Source: Rubripirellula sp. (GTDB taxonomy: Bacteria > Planctomycetota > Planctomycetia > Pirellulales > Pirellulaceae). Taken from it: DNA of 64,000 nt. Position 1 is the first letter of the stretch; the number at the start of each line of letters is the position of its first letter. A program made the position numbers and the translations under genes. The stretch spans positions 64,001 through 128,000 of the forward strand of contig OZ244207.1 of NCBI GenBank assembly GCA_965216875.1, read 5' to 3'. Below, in pieces: positions 30,971 through 40,937 of this stretch. The notes below the pieces were generated by a model, which had not been told where the DNA came from, made no database searches, and saw only the letters and a program-made list of their open reading frames with translations.

Positions 30971-31210
30971 AGGCAATGGATTTGCTATCAGCGAAGGTCA
31001 GCGGTGCGAGTTCCCGCAATGTTTTTTGCCTCTCTGGCCGCGGCCCCCCGAAATTTGCTAGCGCTTACCACAGAGTTCAGCTTTGATTTGTTCGTCAGGG
31101 CTATTAGCAGACATCAGCAGAGGGGCAGTAGGAAAGCTAACCTTCTGGACACAGCTGTCCGATACGTGAAGAAGGTCTTTCCTCCCTTGGAGTCAATCGT
31201 GCAGCTTCCC

Positions 31211-33184
31211 ATGTCAACAAACGCTCCTCGTCGACGCTTCGCGATGATGTTGGCTGCACTGAGTTTTGCTGGCTCGGCGTTCGCACAAGAGCCGACCGCA
31301 TTGGGACAAGGCCAGTCCGAATTGGGGCAAGCCCCGATGACATTGGAACCGGTCCCAACGACGCGGATGATCTTGAAGCCGATCAGTCCGCCGGAGGCCG
31401 CCGCCGCTCAGCCTGCACCGCCACTGCGCAACGACGTGATTGCGACCGGTGGTTCCGAGCCGGTCAAATCGACGATGCGCATTCGGATCGCTCGCCGTCC
31501 CTGGTTGCTCGAGAAGCTGACCAAGCCGAAGACCGAGCCGTCGGTCAAAATGAATCCGCCTCGGCCACCAGCTGACCTGCCGCAAAAACCAGCGACGCGT
31601 CAAGCGCAGGAAGAAGGATGGGTTTCACGCGGCGATGAAACTCAGCCACTCTACAGTGACCTGCGTTCGCGGTCGCAAAAGGCGCAGTCAACCCAGCAGC
31701 AACCGCCACAGAGCGATCAAAAAGCTGCCGCAAAATCAGAGCAGGCAAGCAGGAAAGCCCAACCCAACGGGAAAGCCCAACCCAGCGGGCAAACCCAACC
31801 CAGCAACGTCGCGACGGAGACGCCTCAACTGCGTGAGGCGCCGAAAGCAGGCAGCACAGATGCTCAAGCAAAGGGCGAGCCTGAAGCGGCATCCAACGTT
31901 GAAGTGATCGAGGCGTCGCCGCTGGCGATCGAAGGCAACGCGAAATCAACGCAGCAGTCAAACAAGACGAAACCGCGCGACGCAACCACCCAAGTCAAGA
32001 CACCAGCCAAGTCCAACACTAAAGCTGCCGAGCCCAAGCTTCGCGCTCCGGCCGAGCCCAAGCTCGATTCTCCGGCTGAGGCCGGGGCGAGCGCGCGAGT
32101 CGAAAGTGACAATGAACCGGTCGTCATCGCAGAACCTGCACCGCCGCGGCTCGACTACACCGGGTACCCGTTGCAACCGCTGCGGATGACCCGTAGCGTC
32201 GCTGGCATGAAGCGATCAATTCGCTCGTGCCTCCAGTACTACTATTCGCGTCCCGAGATTGCGAACGAACGAAGCAATTGGGGCATGCTGCACTCGATCA
32301 TGGTTTTCGGCGTCGACACCAAAGTGGTTGTTGGCCGTAAACGTTACAGCGCGATTGCGTGGATCGCAGGCAACAATGCTTGCCGCGGTCAAAAGCTGCT
32401 TCGGCACACGCCTGAGGGGATCCAAGCCAATAGTGGTGTTGGACTTCAGGGCCACCAAGCTCAGATGCTAGCCGTGTTTGCGCTCTGCGACGTGCCGATC
32501 GACTATCCGCTTTACGCCGATGACGAGAAATACACCGTCCGCGATTTGGTCGATGCAGAAATGGCTGCCTGCAAACGCGGTGCGGAGCTGACCTTTACGC
32601 TGATCGGACTGTCCCACTACCTCGACACCGATGCTCGCTGGGTAGCTTCGGACGGACAACGTTGGGACTTCGAAAAGCTGATTCGTGAAGAGCTCTCGCA
32701 ACCGATCGTTGGTGCAGCTTGCGGTGGCACCCACCGCCTGATGGGATTCGCACACGCACTTCGAAAGCGCCGGGCCGAGGACAAGCCGATCGATGGCCAA
32801 TGGCGTCGTGCCGACATGTTCACACAGGATTTTCATTCCTACTGCTATCGACTTCAAAACCGCGACGGTTCGATGAGCACCGATTGGTTCGAGGGCCGCG
32901 AGGACAACGGCAACCTCGACCGCAAGATTCAGACCACGGGACACATGGTGGAGTGGCTATTGTCCATCACGCCCGATTCGCAACTGCAAAACCCACGCTT
33001 GGTCTCGGCGGTGCGATTCCTGCTCAGCTCGATGTACAACGAGCGTGACCACGAGTGGAAGATTGGCCCGAAGGGGCACGCACTACGGTCGTTGGCCATG
33101 TTCTACGAACGAGCGTATCGTAGCGGTCCGGCCTGGCGACCGCCCAAGGTGATGGCTCAGTCGAGCGACTCGACTCGCCGCTAA
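31211..33184 (+). CDS. Secreted protein: long Pro/Gln/Ala-rich linker plus conserved planctomycete C-terminal domain
   Basis: Signal peptide ..SAFA-Q; globular part with QGHQAQML, ACGGTH, LQNRDGSMSTDWF, TTGHMVEWL, KGHA. Confidence 0.75.
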   Translation: MSTNAPRRRFAMMLAALSFAGSAFAQEPTALGQGQSELGQAPMTLEPVPTTRMILKPISPPEAAAAQPAPPLRNDVIATGGSEPVKSTMRIRIARRPWLLEKLTKPKTEPSVKMNPPRPPADLPQKPATRQAQEEGWVSRGDETQPLYSDLRSRSQKAQSTQQQPPQSDQKAAAKSEQASRKAQPNGKAQPSGQTQPSNVATETPQLREAPKAGSTDAQAKGEPEAASNVEVIEASPLAIEGNAKSTQQSNKTKPRDATTQVKTPAKSNTKAAEPKLRAPAEPKLDSPAEAGASARVESDNEPVVIAEPAPPRLDYTGYPLQPLRMTRSVAGMKRSIRSCLQYYYSRPEIANERSNWGMLHSIMVFGVDTKVVVGRKRYSAIAWIAGNNACRGQKLLRHTPEGIQANSGVGLQGHQAQMLAVFALCDVPIDYPLYADDEKYTVRDLVDAEMAACKRGAELTFTLIGLSHYLDTDARWVASDGQRWDFEKLIREELSQPIVGAACGGTHRLMGFAHALRKRRAEDKPIDGQWRRADMFTQDFHSYCYRLQNRDGSMSTDWFEGREDNGNLDRKIQTTGHMVEWLLSITPDSQLQNPRLVSAVRFLLSSMYNERDHEWKIGPKGHALRSLAMFYERAYRSGPAWRPPKVMAQSSDSTRR

Positions 33185-33336
33185 CCAAAGCGGACATGGT
33201 GCACGCGGAAGATGATTCGCGGCGCTGCCTGTGCGAAGGCTGAGCGATGGGGTAAAACTTTAGCGATTGAGTTGGCTCGTCTTGGGGCTTCGTCCCGAAG
33301 CCACGCCCTCGCTTCCCAATCCAGGCAAACCGCGCC

Positions 33337-34284
33337 ATGCCGACGCAACGACTTACCAAGCAGAACGCCGCAATGATCCGCACGGCGGTCGAGCTGTTGC
33401 GTGCCCGCGATGCCGATGCGTTGCTGCTGTTGCTCGATGGTTCGACCGATTGGAAGCGAATCTCCGAAATGGTCGACGGCATCGACAAAGCGGTCATTGT
33501 CGCCGTCGACTCGGTCGATGACCTCGAGGGCGCGGCCGAAGCGGGACTCAAACCACTCGCTTTGAACAAAGAGAAGGCTCCGCTGCTCGAGCGGCTCCAG
33601 CACGCCCTGCTCGAAGCGGCCGCTGATGAGCTGATTCGGACCAACGGCGAAGTCGTTGCCGTCTACAGCGGATTCCAGCAAGGCCGGCTCGACTCGATTA
33701 GCCATCTGCAACTGGACGAGCGAATGCGACGGCTGACGGTTCGCGACCTTCAGCAACTTGAAAGTCGCGTTCCGCTGCGGACGATTCGATCGATCGTCGA
33801 CTTGGCTGCACAGATCGGCCGTGAGGGTCGTGAAGGCAAGCCGGTCGGGACCTTGTTCGTCGTTGGTGACACACGCAAGGTCCTGGGACACGCCAAAGAT
33901 AGCGGTGTCGACCCGTTTCGCGGCTACAACCGCAAACATCGAAATCTGTTGGATGCCAAGGTTCAAGAAGATGCGAAAGAGATCGCACAGCTGGATGGGG
34001 CATTCATCGTCAACAGTGACGGTGTGATTGAACGGAGTCGCCAGATCCTGAGCGTGTCGCATGAAGACCTCACGATGACCGGCGGCCTCGGCTCGCGTCA
34101 CTGGGCGGCCGCCGCGATCACTCGGATCACAAAGTCGATCTCGGTCGTCGTTAGCCAATCAACGGGCACCGTTCGGCTCTACCAAGACGGCATGCTTGTC
34201 ATTCGCATCGAACCGATGGACAAGGCGGTCAAGTGGCAAGAGTTCGCCTTCGAGCCACCATCGGCATCGCCCGAGAAAAGCTAG
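33337..34284 (+). CDS. DisA_N / diadenylate cyclase domain protein (DacZ-like architecture)
   Basis: REGREGKPVGTLFVVGD, EIAQLDGAF, GLGSRHWAAA, VVSQSTG. Confidence 0.85.
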   Translation: MPTQRLTKQNAAMIRTAVELLRARDADALLLLLDGSTDWKRISEMVDGIDKAVIVAVDSVDDLEGAAEAGLKPLALNKEKAPLLERLQHALLEAAADELIRTNGEVVAVYSGFQQGRLDSISHLQLDERMRRLTVRDLQQLESRVPLRTIRSIVDLAAQIGREGREGKPVGTLFVVGDTRKVLGHAKDSGVDPFRGYNRKHRNLLDAKVQEDAKEIAQLDGAFIVNSDGVIERSRQILSVSHEDLTMTGGLGSRHWAAAAITRITKSISVVVSQSTGTVRLYQDGMLVIRIEPMDKAVKWQEFAFEPPSASPEKS

Positions 34285-34344
34285 ACGCTCGTTATTCAAA
34301 CCCCGGATTTGTGAGCAGTGATCGCATGAGCGGCCGGGCCTTAA

Positions 34345-35463
34345 TCACGATCCAACATACACGTTCGCAAAGTCAACCTTGCCGGTCGCTTTGAGCGTTA
34401 GGGGGCCTTTGGATGCAAAGCTTGCTTGGTCAACTTCGACTTTGTGGCCGTTGATTTCCAACCAGAAGGCGCCCTCGCGCTTCACTCCTTCGATGCGATT
34501 CCATCGCCCAACCTTTTCCAGGTGTTTGCTGATGCGATCATCCGACAGGTCGACAGCGAATGCCTTGCCAGCCTGGATTGCGGCGTTACTTGAGTCGGCA
34601 TGCAGTTTGACGTCGACAACGAAACCGACCTCCTGAAACGATTCGTTGCTGGTAAGCGTTGCGGTCTCGCCGGCCGCCCCACTGGCGCGCAGGATCCAAT
34701 CGCGAGATTCCCACTTCCCATCGCTCGAGGCTTGCCAGCCCGCGAGATCGAGTCCGCTGTAGATGCTTCGGTAGCCGCGATTGGCGATCGCAACGTGCTC
34801 GGGCGCGACATCACTATCCGGCAGCTCTTTGATCCGCACATTCCGGTAGTGAACGACGCCTCCTTCCGATTCGATGCAGATGTAGCCTTTGCGTGGGACA
34901 CATTCTTTGCCGCGCGTAACGACCTTGCCATTGACGGCCAACGAGATCTCTCCATCGCGACATTCGATGCGATAGTGGTTCCACTGAGGACTCGGATTCG
35001 ACCGATTCTCAGTGGGGAAGGCACGACTTCCACCGCGACCATTGACCGGAGTCATCTTTGCACCATGAATGGGAAAGATGTCGCCATGTGTGGTGTGACT
35101 GCGCGTGTTGCCATAGGCGTTCTCGAGCACCTGCACTTCGATGCCGCGGTGGAACGGGACGCCTCGTGCGGTGATGTCATCGGCCCAAACAAAGATTCCG
35201 GCATTGCCCCGAGGCACCATGTGCCGCCACTCAAGTTCCATCACAAAATTCTGGTACATCTTCTCCGTTCGGATTTCACCGATCGGCTTGCCCGTGCATT
35301 CGAGCCGGTCCTCATTGAAGGACCACGTTTGCGGCGGCGTGTTGGTCAGCACCCAGCCGCTCAAATCGCGGCCATTGAACATTGGGCGAAAGTCGTCTTC
35401 GGCAAAGGCTGCCATGGGGATCAGGCAGGCTACCGACACAACGAGACAATGAATGCGGAACAT
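34345..35463 (-). CDS. Secreted DUF1080 (3-keto-disaccharide hydrolase-like) protein, one full and one degenerate domain
   Basis: MFNGRDLSGW, GNAGIF, IEVQVLE, QWNHYRI, GYICIESEG, YRNVRIKEL; second IYSGLDLAGW. Confidence 0.88.
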   Translation of the reverse strand: MFRIHCLVVSVACLIPMAAFAEDDFRPMFNGRDLSGWVLTNTPPQTWSFNEDRLECTGKPIGEIRTEKMYQNFVMELEWRHMVPRGNAGIFVWADDITARGVPFHRGIEVQVLENAYGNTRSHTTHGDIFPIHGAKMTPVNGRGGSRAFPTENRSNPSPQWNHYRIECRDGEISLAVNGKVVTRGKECVPRKGYICIESEGGVVHYRNVRIKELPDSDVAPEHVAIANRGYRSIYSGLDLAGWQASSDGKWESRDWILRASGAAGETATLTSNESFQEVGFVVDVKLHADSSNAAIQAGKAFAVDLSDDRISKHLEKVGRWNRIEGVKREGAFWLEINGHKVEVDQASFASKGPLTLKATGKVDFANVYVGS

Positions 35464-35635
35464 GTTGGCTAGGCGGGGGCAGGAGAATGGAGGCGGGTCA
35501 AAGTGTCGCACGCGACGCTCCAACAATAGTACCCGCTGGGGGCTGGTTCGAGTTGTGAGGATCCTTAGTTACAATCGTCCTAGACACCACGCGTTACTTA
35601 CCCCCCGTTTAGGACCATCAAGCTTAGGACCATCA

Positions 35636-37006
35636 ATGCCCACGAATCGTCATACTTCTCGTCGCCACTTCCTGCAGGGCGTAGCGGCGGCTGGGGCAGC
35701 CAGCGTCATGATTCCATCGGCTGGCCGTGCATACGGATACCTTTCACCAAACGACCGACCCGTTTTCGCCACCATTGGGCTTCGTAACCAAGGCTGGACG
35801 ATCACGGACAAGACTTTTCAGTTTGCGGACTTCGCCGCTTTTGCCGACGTCGATGAAAACATTTTGGGTGCCAACATTCAAAAGGCAGCCAAGCGTCAGG
35901 ACAAAAAGCCCGAGGGCTACAAGGACTACCGCAAGATCCTTGAACGCAGCGATATCGACGCGGTCATGATTGCCACCCCCGACCACTGGCACACCAAGAT
36001 TGCGGTCGAGGCAATGCTTGCCGGCAAAGACGTCTACTGTGAAAAACCACTGACACTGACGATCGACGAAGGCAAGTTGATCGAAAAGATGGTCAAGAAA
36101 ACGGGCCGCACTTTTCAGGTCGGCACGATGCAACGTAGTGAATGCGGCAATCGATTTTTGCAAGCGGTCGCCTTGGTCCGCGCCGGTCGAATCGGCACGG
36201 TCAAGCGAGTGACCTGCGGAATCAACGGCATGGTGGCGTCGCCAAAGATTCCTGTTGCCGATGTCCCCGAAGGTCTCGATTGGGATATGTGGTTGGGGCC
36301 TGCGGCCAAGGTCGACTACCGCGCGTTGCCTGAACTGCGAGAGGGTTACGGTGGCGGCGTCCCGCTTTACAGCAACGCTCATTATTCGTTCCGCAATTGG
36401 CACGAATACTCGGGTGGCAAGTTGACCGACTGGGGCGCTCACCACGTCGACATCGCCTGTTGGGCGATCGGTGCAAGCGAAACTGGGCCGAGCAAAATCA
36501 CGCCGTTGGAATTCGATTTGCCAGTCGAATACAAAGACGGCCACCCAATGGTTGCGGACCAGTACAACGCTGCGACGAAGTTCAAGATCCGCGCGGCGAT
36601 GCCGAACGACGTCGAGATGATCATCACCAGCGAAGGTGACAACGGGATCCTGTTCGAAGGCACCAAAGGTCGGTTCTTTGTCAATCGTGGCAAGATCGTT
36701 GGCAAGCCAGTCGAGGACCTCGAAAAGAACCCGCTACCCGATGGTGCGGTCGAAGAGGTCTACGGTGGTCCGATCAGCAAGAACCATTCGGCGAACTTCA
36801 TCGAAGCGATCAATGCGGGCAAACAACCGATTTCGGACGTGTGGACGCATAACCGCATGCTTGAGATCTGTCACCTGTCGAACATCGCCATGCGTTTGGA
36901 CCGCGAATTGAAGTGGGATCCAAGTAAGCGTGAAGTGATTGGCGACGACCAAGCCAATTCGTTCCTCTCGCGCGAAGCCCGCGCAGGCTACGAAATCGAC
37001 ATGTAG
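35636..37006 (+). CDS. Tat-exported Gfo/Idh/MocA oxidoreductase
   Basis: SRRHFLQ; ATPDHWH, CEKPLT, QVGTMQRS, TDWGAHHVD. Confidence 0.94.
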   Translation: MPTNRHTSRRHFLQGVAAAGAASVMIPSAGRAYGYLSPNDRPVFATIGLRNQGWTITDKTFQFADFAAFADVDENILGANIQKAAKRQDKKPEGYKDYRKILERSDIDAVMIATPDHWHTKIAVEAMLAGKDVYCEKPLTLTIDEGKLIEKMVKKTGRTFQVGTMQRSECGNRFLQAVALVRAGRIGTVKRVTCGINGMVASPKIPVADVPEGLDWDMWLGPAAKVDYRALPELREGYGGGVPLYSNAHYSFRNWHEYSGGKLTDWGAHHVDIACWAIGASETGPSKITPLEFDLPVEYKDGHPMVADQYNAATKFKIRAAMPNDVEMIITSEGDNGILFEGTKGRFFVNRGKIVGKPVEDLEKNPLPDGAVEEVYGGPISKNHSANFIEAINAGKQPISDVWTHNRMLEICHLSNIAMRLDRELKWDPSKREVIGDDQANSFLSREARAGYEIDM

Positions 37007-37034
37007 GCCGCACGTCGAGAATCGATCCAGCGAC

Positions 37035-37064
37035 AACGCACAGGCGAATGCCTGTGCGTTTTTT
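37035..37064 (+). terminator. Rho-independent terminator
   Basis: aacgcacaggc-gaat-gcctgtgcgtt followed by T run. Confidence 0.85.
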
Positions 37065-37084
37065 AATGGTCGATACTCGATTGG

Positions 37085-40000
37085 CTAGAGTTGCTCAAAG
37101 GGGATTGGCTTGAGGCACCAGGCATAGACGCGTGTTCGTCCCGATCGCGGACCAACGAACGGGTCGTCCACGATTTCACCTTCGAACGATGTCAGGCCGC
37201 TATTGGAGGTGTCGTCAAATTCGATGACCCATAGGTGTGAACCTTGCCACGCGAAGGAACCGACGACAACCACGTTATCACCCTGATCAGTCGAGTCGAC
37301 TGTCGCCTGGTAGCTATGAATTGCGTTGGCGGTTGTGAACTCGTAGCCACGGGTGTAAGTGTCATACTGCAAGTGTTCCCACTGTGCATGAATGAACTCC
37401 GTGCCGAGTCCGAAGTCTTCGAAGGTGATCGTTGATGCGACTTGTCCATTCGCATCGATCGTCGTGTTCACTTCATCCTGGTACGTGTTCACGTAGTCAC
37501 GAACATCCTCGACATCGATGCGCAAGAAATGATCGTACCATTTTTGGATGTAGAACGAGAAATGGTGCTCCGCTTCGGCGGTCGCTCCTTTTTCGTTCAT
37601 CGTCTGCACTCGCGAACCATCGTCGAAACGTTCGTCTTTCGAATGGACATCCCCATCCGCTTCGACGGTAAACGCATTCTTGTAGGCGTATCGATCAACG
37701 TCAGCCCAGCGCACATCGTCGCTGTTGGCTGACATGCTGTCCCATTCGGATTCGCGTTCCCAATACGTTGCTTCGTCTCGAGTCCCAGTTTGCAGTGGCA
37801 ATGCGACGGGACCGAACTCGCCCGTATCGTGTAGCGGTGTGATCGTCGACACGCCGGTGTGGGTCACGATTTGACCTTGCCCGTCACGTTTTATCGTTTC
37901 TTCAAAGTCAAACTCATGACCAAACGTCGATGTTCTGCTGAAGCGGTCATCATCGAACCAATCCGAGAAGCCCTCGTGCAGCTGCTCGAGCGTCACGGTG
38001 TAGTGTCGGAAGCCACCGTGGGGGCCGCATTTGTCGACGGTTATGTAGTCGATGTCATAGCAATTGGGCCTAGCATCCGCCATGTCTTCCCAGCCATTGC
38101 CGTAGAGTCGAATCAGGTTGGCCTTTGCGTTTCCGGGCAGGTTAGGGTTTTCGCTATGACGCACACCGAACCAGTTGTAGTAACCCTCGGCATCCGATCG
38201 CCAAAGACCTTGCGCCCCCCCGGCAAATTGGTGGGTCTCGATTGATTGCACTCCTCCACCAATTTCCGTGCCGTAGTCAGTCAGTTCGTTGTGGAAGTCG
38301 TAGGCAAAGACATCGTCAACCTCCTCGGCCCAATCGTCTCGCTGGTAGCGCGTGAAGAAGTCTGGGTCATCAGGTTCACTGGGATCCGCCGAAGCTAATT
38401 CGAAAAAGCCCTCGAGCGCGCCGTTGTGTCGCGCCAAGGCATCGCCAAAGTCCATATCCCACGTCACTGCGTTCAGGACGTGACCGGTGGCCGTTTCCTC
38501 TCGATCATGCTCTGTGTACCAAGCCCGGATGTACTCGATGTCGGGACTAAACAGGCTTTCTGAATAGGGCAGGCTCGTGTTTTCGGGAATCGTGTGCGGC
38601 AAGTAATCAATATACGATTGATAGAATTGAGCCGTTTCTGGATTCCCGTCCGGCCGGATGGTCGCTCGAAGGTAGCCATTGCCGACACCCGAAATGGACC
38701 AATAGGTCGTGTCGTCGTGGCCGTGGCCGTACTCGACTTCATCAAAGGTCGTCCCGTTATTGAAGCGTTGCAACCGGTTTCGGGACTCGATGCCCACGTG
38801 ACCTACTTCCTGCCAGAATTCGTCGACCGAAGCAGAGTCATCGTAGTTGGGATAAACCAGCTGGTCGTCATAGAGGAATTCGCCGTAGTTGACGGACCAA
38901 TAGTTTGAACGCTCGCCGCTGGCTGTTTCTCTCCAACTCAGGTCGCCTTCCGGGGGCGTGGCGTCCCACGTTGAGGTGATGAACTGCTCATCGTAGGTGT
39001 TGGTACGAAACGTCCCTTCGGCATCGTAAAGCTGGCCATCTTGATGGACGTTTAGGGTGTCGGGATTTGCCGAGACGGCGATATCCCAGTCGGTTGACGT
39101 CAGGCCGTTAAACTCACTCTTGTACTTCTTGTAGCCGAACCGGCGCACGTAAACATCGGGGTCGTAGCCGTAGCCATACCCGTCGTTGTAGTCGTAGCCA
39201 GCATCGCCGCCGTAGTCATAGCCGTAGTCGCCGCCGTAGTCGCCGCTGTAGTCGTAGCCGTATCCATATCCGTAGCCCCCCGAGCCGGATCCGCCAGTTG
39301 GAATCGGAAGCGGTAGTGTAAACCCGTTGGAATCGTGCCACAGCTGAAGTTCGCCCATCGCACTTCGGTCGTTCAAGACCGATTGCAGCTGAATTGGCTC
39401 GAGCGCAGATTCAACACGTTCCTGTCTCGTTGTGCCGGATGGATTAATCGGTGGCGGTGCAGCAGCGGGGGCGTCGAGATTCATCAGGATCACGTCATGC
39501 TGCTCACGATCCCTGACCGTGGCGAGGTAGCCGTAGGATTCGTAGATCGTTTCGCCGGGCAGGGTGTCTGGGGTTAACGATTCAAAGTACCAATCGTCAA
39601 AGTTGTCTTCGTAGAACTCGTCGATCGAATAGAAGGTGACTCCATTGGCGTCTCCCTGAAGACTGAACTGCAACTCGAAGGTTCCAAACTGTTGCAGGAG
39701 TCGTTGACGCACCAATGGGAACTCGGGGCCACTTTGGATCCCGTTGTCTTGGATGTAGTCCGCAAACGCTCCGCTGGGGTCAGGAACGCCATAACTACTG
39801 AATTCGTCGGGCGCCGGCAGCCCGACTGGAATCGCTTCGTCGTACCACTGAGTCGTGATAGTGAATCCAATCAGCAGGTCCTCACTGTAACTCCAGCTGC
39901 TCGCAAGATCGCCAGAGAAACCATCTGCCAAGTTCCACTGCAGGTCGTAGCTGACGGTCTTTCCTTCGTCGGGGAATTCTTCAACAACATTGATGTTGCC

Positions 40001-40645
40001 GGCTGATTGAGCGTACGGTGTCGTTGGTGGTGAAATCTGATCAGCGTCAACATCACTCCAGGCGATGATGTCGGGGAAGAAGTGTTTGATCGAATCGACG
40101 TCAAACATCCATTCCTCTTCGTTGTAAGTGTCGACGCTGTACGGCCTCAACTCGGGCGCCGACATGATTCCTGGTTGATACAGGTTGCGTGCATCGAGTC
40201 CATTGCGCGAGAGGATTGGGGATGGCGCTTCGGGGGAAACCGAGAGCGGTACCTGCGGAATAGGATCCGGATCATAGGGGTACGTTCCGGTGTCTCGTAC
40301 TGATGGAATCGCTGGCCCAAACTCCAACCGGGCGGTTTCGAAATCGGGAAGGAATCGGTCAACTTCATTGTTGTTGTGGATGCCGACGCCGTATCCGTTG
40401 TCGATCTTTCGCGCTTCTGATAGTAGATCGCGACGCAACAGCAGAGAGCGATCAATCAAGTCGGTCTCGGCCAGCCGCGAATTCTGCGGCAAGTTGATGC
40501 CAGGAGCCTGTCCCAGCGGGTTGGAGATCGCGCCAACAAGCAACCGTCGCGTCTCAAGGATTTCTAAACGCAGGTCTCGCTGCTTGCGTTGCTTTACGCG
40601 CACGCGCCGACGCAATTGCAGATTGGAATTCATGTTGCACCCCAT
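37085..40645 (-). CDS. Large acidic LEPR-XLL-motif (planctomycete extracellular) protein of unknown function (start 40645 or 40633)
   Basis: Basic leader then LEILETRRLL; 1186-aa ORF rich in D/E/Y; GYGYGYGYDYSGDYGGDYG tract. Confidence 0.8.
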   Translation of the reverse strand: MGCNMNSNLQLRRRVRVKQRKQRDLRLEILETRRLLVGAISNPLGQAPGINLPQNSRLAETDLIDRSLLLRRDLLSEARKIDNGYGVGIHNNNEVDRFLPDFETARLEFGPAIPSVRDTGTYPYDPDPIPQVPLSVSPEAPSPILSRNGLDARNLYQPGIMSAPELRPYSVDTYNEEEWMFDVDSIKHFFPDIIAWSDVDADQISPPTTPYAQSAGNINVVEEFPDEGKTVSYDLQWNLADGFSGDLASSWSYSEDLLIGFTITTQWYDEAIPVGLPAPDEFSSYGVPDPSGAFADYIQDNGIQSGPEFPLVRQRLLQQFGTFELQFSLQGDANGVTFYSIDEFYEDNFDDWYFESLTPDTLPGETIYESYGYLATVRDREQHDVILMNLDAPAAAPPPINPSGTTRQERVESALEPIQLQSVLNDRSAMGELQLWHDSNGFTLPLPIPTGGSGSGGYGYGYGYDYSGDYGGDYGYDYGGDAGYDYNDGYGYGYDPDVYVRRFGYKKYKSEFNGLTSTDWDIAVSANPDTLNVHQDGQLYDAEGTFRTNTYDEQFITSTWDATPPEGDLSWRETASGERSNYWSVNYGEFLYDDQLVYPNYDDSASVDEFWQEVGHVGIESRNRLQRFNNGTTFDEVEYGHGHDDTTYWSISGVGNGYLRATIRPDGNPETAQFYQSYIDYLPHTIPENTSLPYSESLFSPDIEYIRAWYTEHDREETATGHVLNAVTWDMDFGDALARHNGALEGFFELASADPSEPDDPDFFTRYQRDDWAEEVDDVFAYDFHNELTDYGTEIGGGVQSIETHQFAGGAQGLWRSDAEGYYNWFGVRHSENPNLPGNAKANLIRLYGNGWEDMADARPNCYDIDYITVDKCGPHGGFRHYTVTLEQLHEGFSDWFDDDRFSRTSTFGHEFDFEETIKRDGQGQIVTHTGVSTITPLHDTGEFGPVALPLQTGTRDEATYWERESEWDSMSANSDDVRWADVDRYAYKNAFTVEADGDVHSKDERFDDGSRVQTMNEKGATAEAEHHFSFYIQKWYDHFLRIDVEDVRDYVNTYQDEVNTTIDANGQVASTITFEDFGLGTEFIHAQWEHLQYDTYTRGYEFTTANAIHSYQATVDSTDQGDNVVVVGSFAWQGSHLWVIEFDDTSNSGLTSFEGEIVDDPFVGPRSGRTRVYAWCLKPIPFEQL

Positions 40646-40858
40646 GCAAAAAGACTAGAACAAGCCAAACATGAGTCGTCAGGCTAACAGTCTCGGAGTG
40701 TGTGACGCAAACTTTTCAGGAGATTGTGCCGGCATTTTTTGGGCATTCACCAAGAATTCACGAGCAGCTCGACCAAAGAGGAGGCTCGCCTGCGACATTT
40801 TCATCTAGTATGCACGCCATGCATCGCTGCGAGCGCATGAGGGCATTCGCTTGAGCGC

Positions 40859-40898
40859 AAAAAAGAAACTGCAGTGACTCCTATGAAGTCACCGCAGC
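40859..40898 (-). terminator. Rho-independent terminator after DUF1559 gene
   Basis: Minus strand ctgcggtgact..agtcactgcag followed by tttcttttttt. Confidence 0.8.
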
Positions 40899-40937
40899 TT
40901 CGACGGTAGGTCCTGAGAGGTCTAGATCAAAGGAATC

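Noticed and set aside
30905..31210. N-terminal extension of the 759-aa ORF
   Set aside because: Begins inside a repeat; the signal peptide indicates a start at 31211
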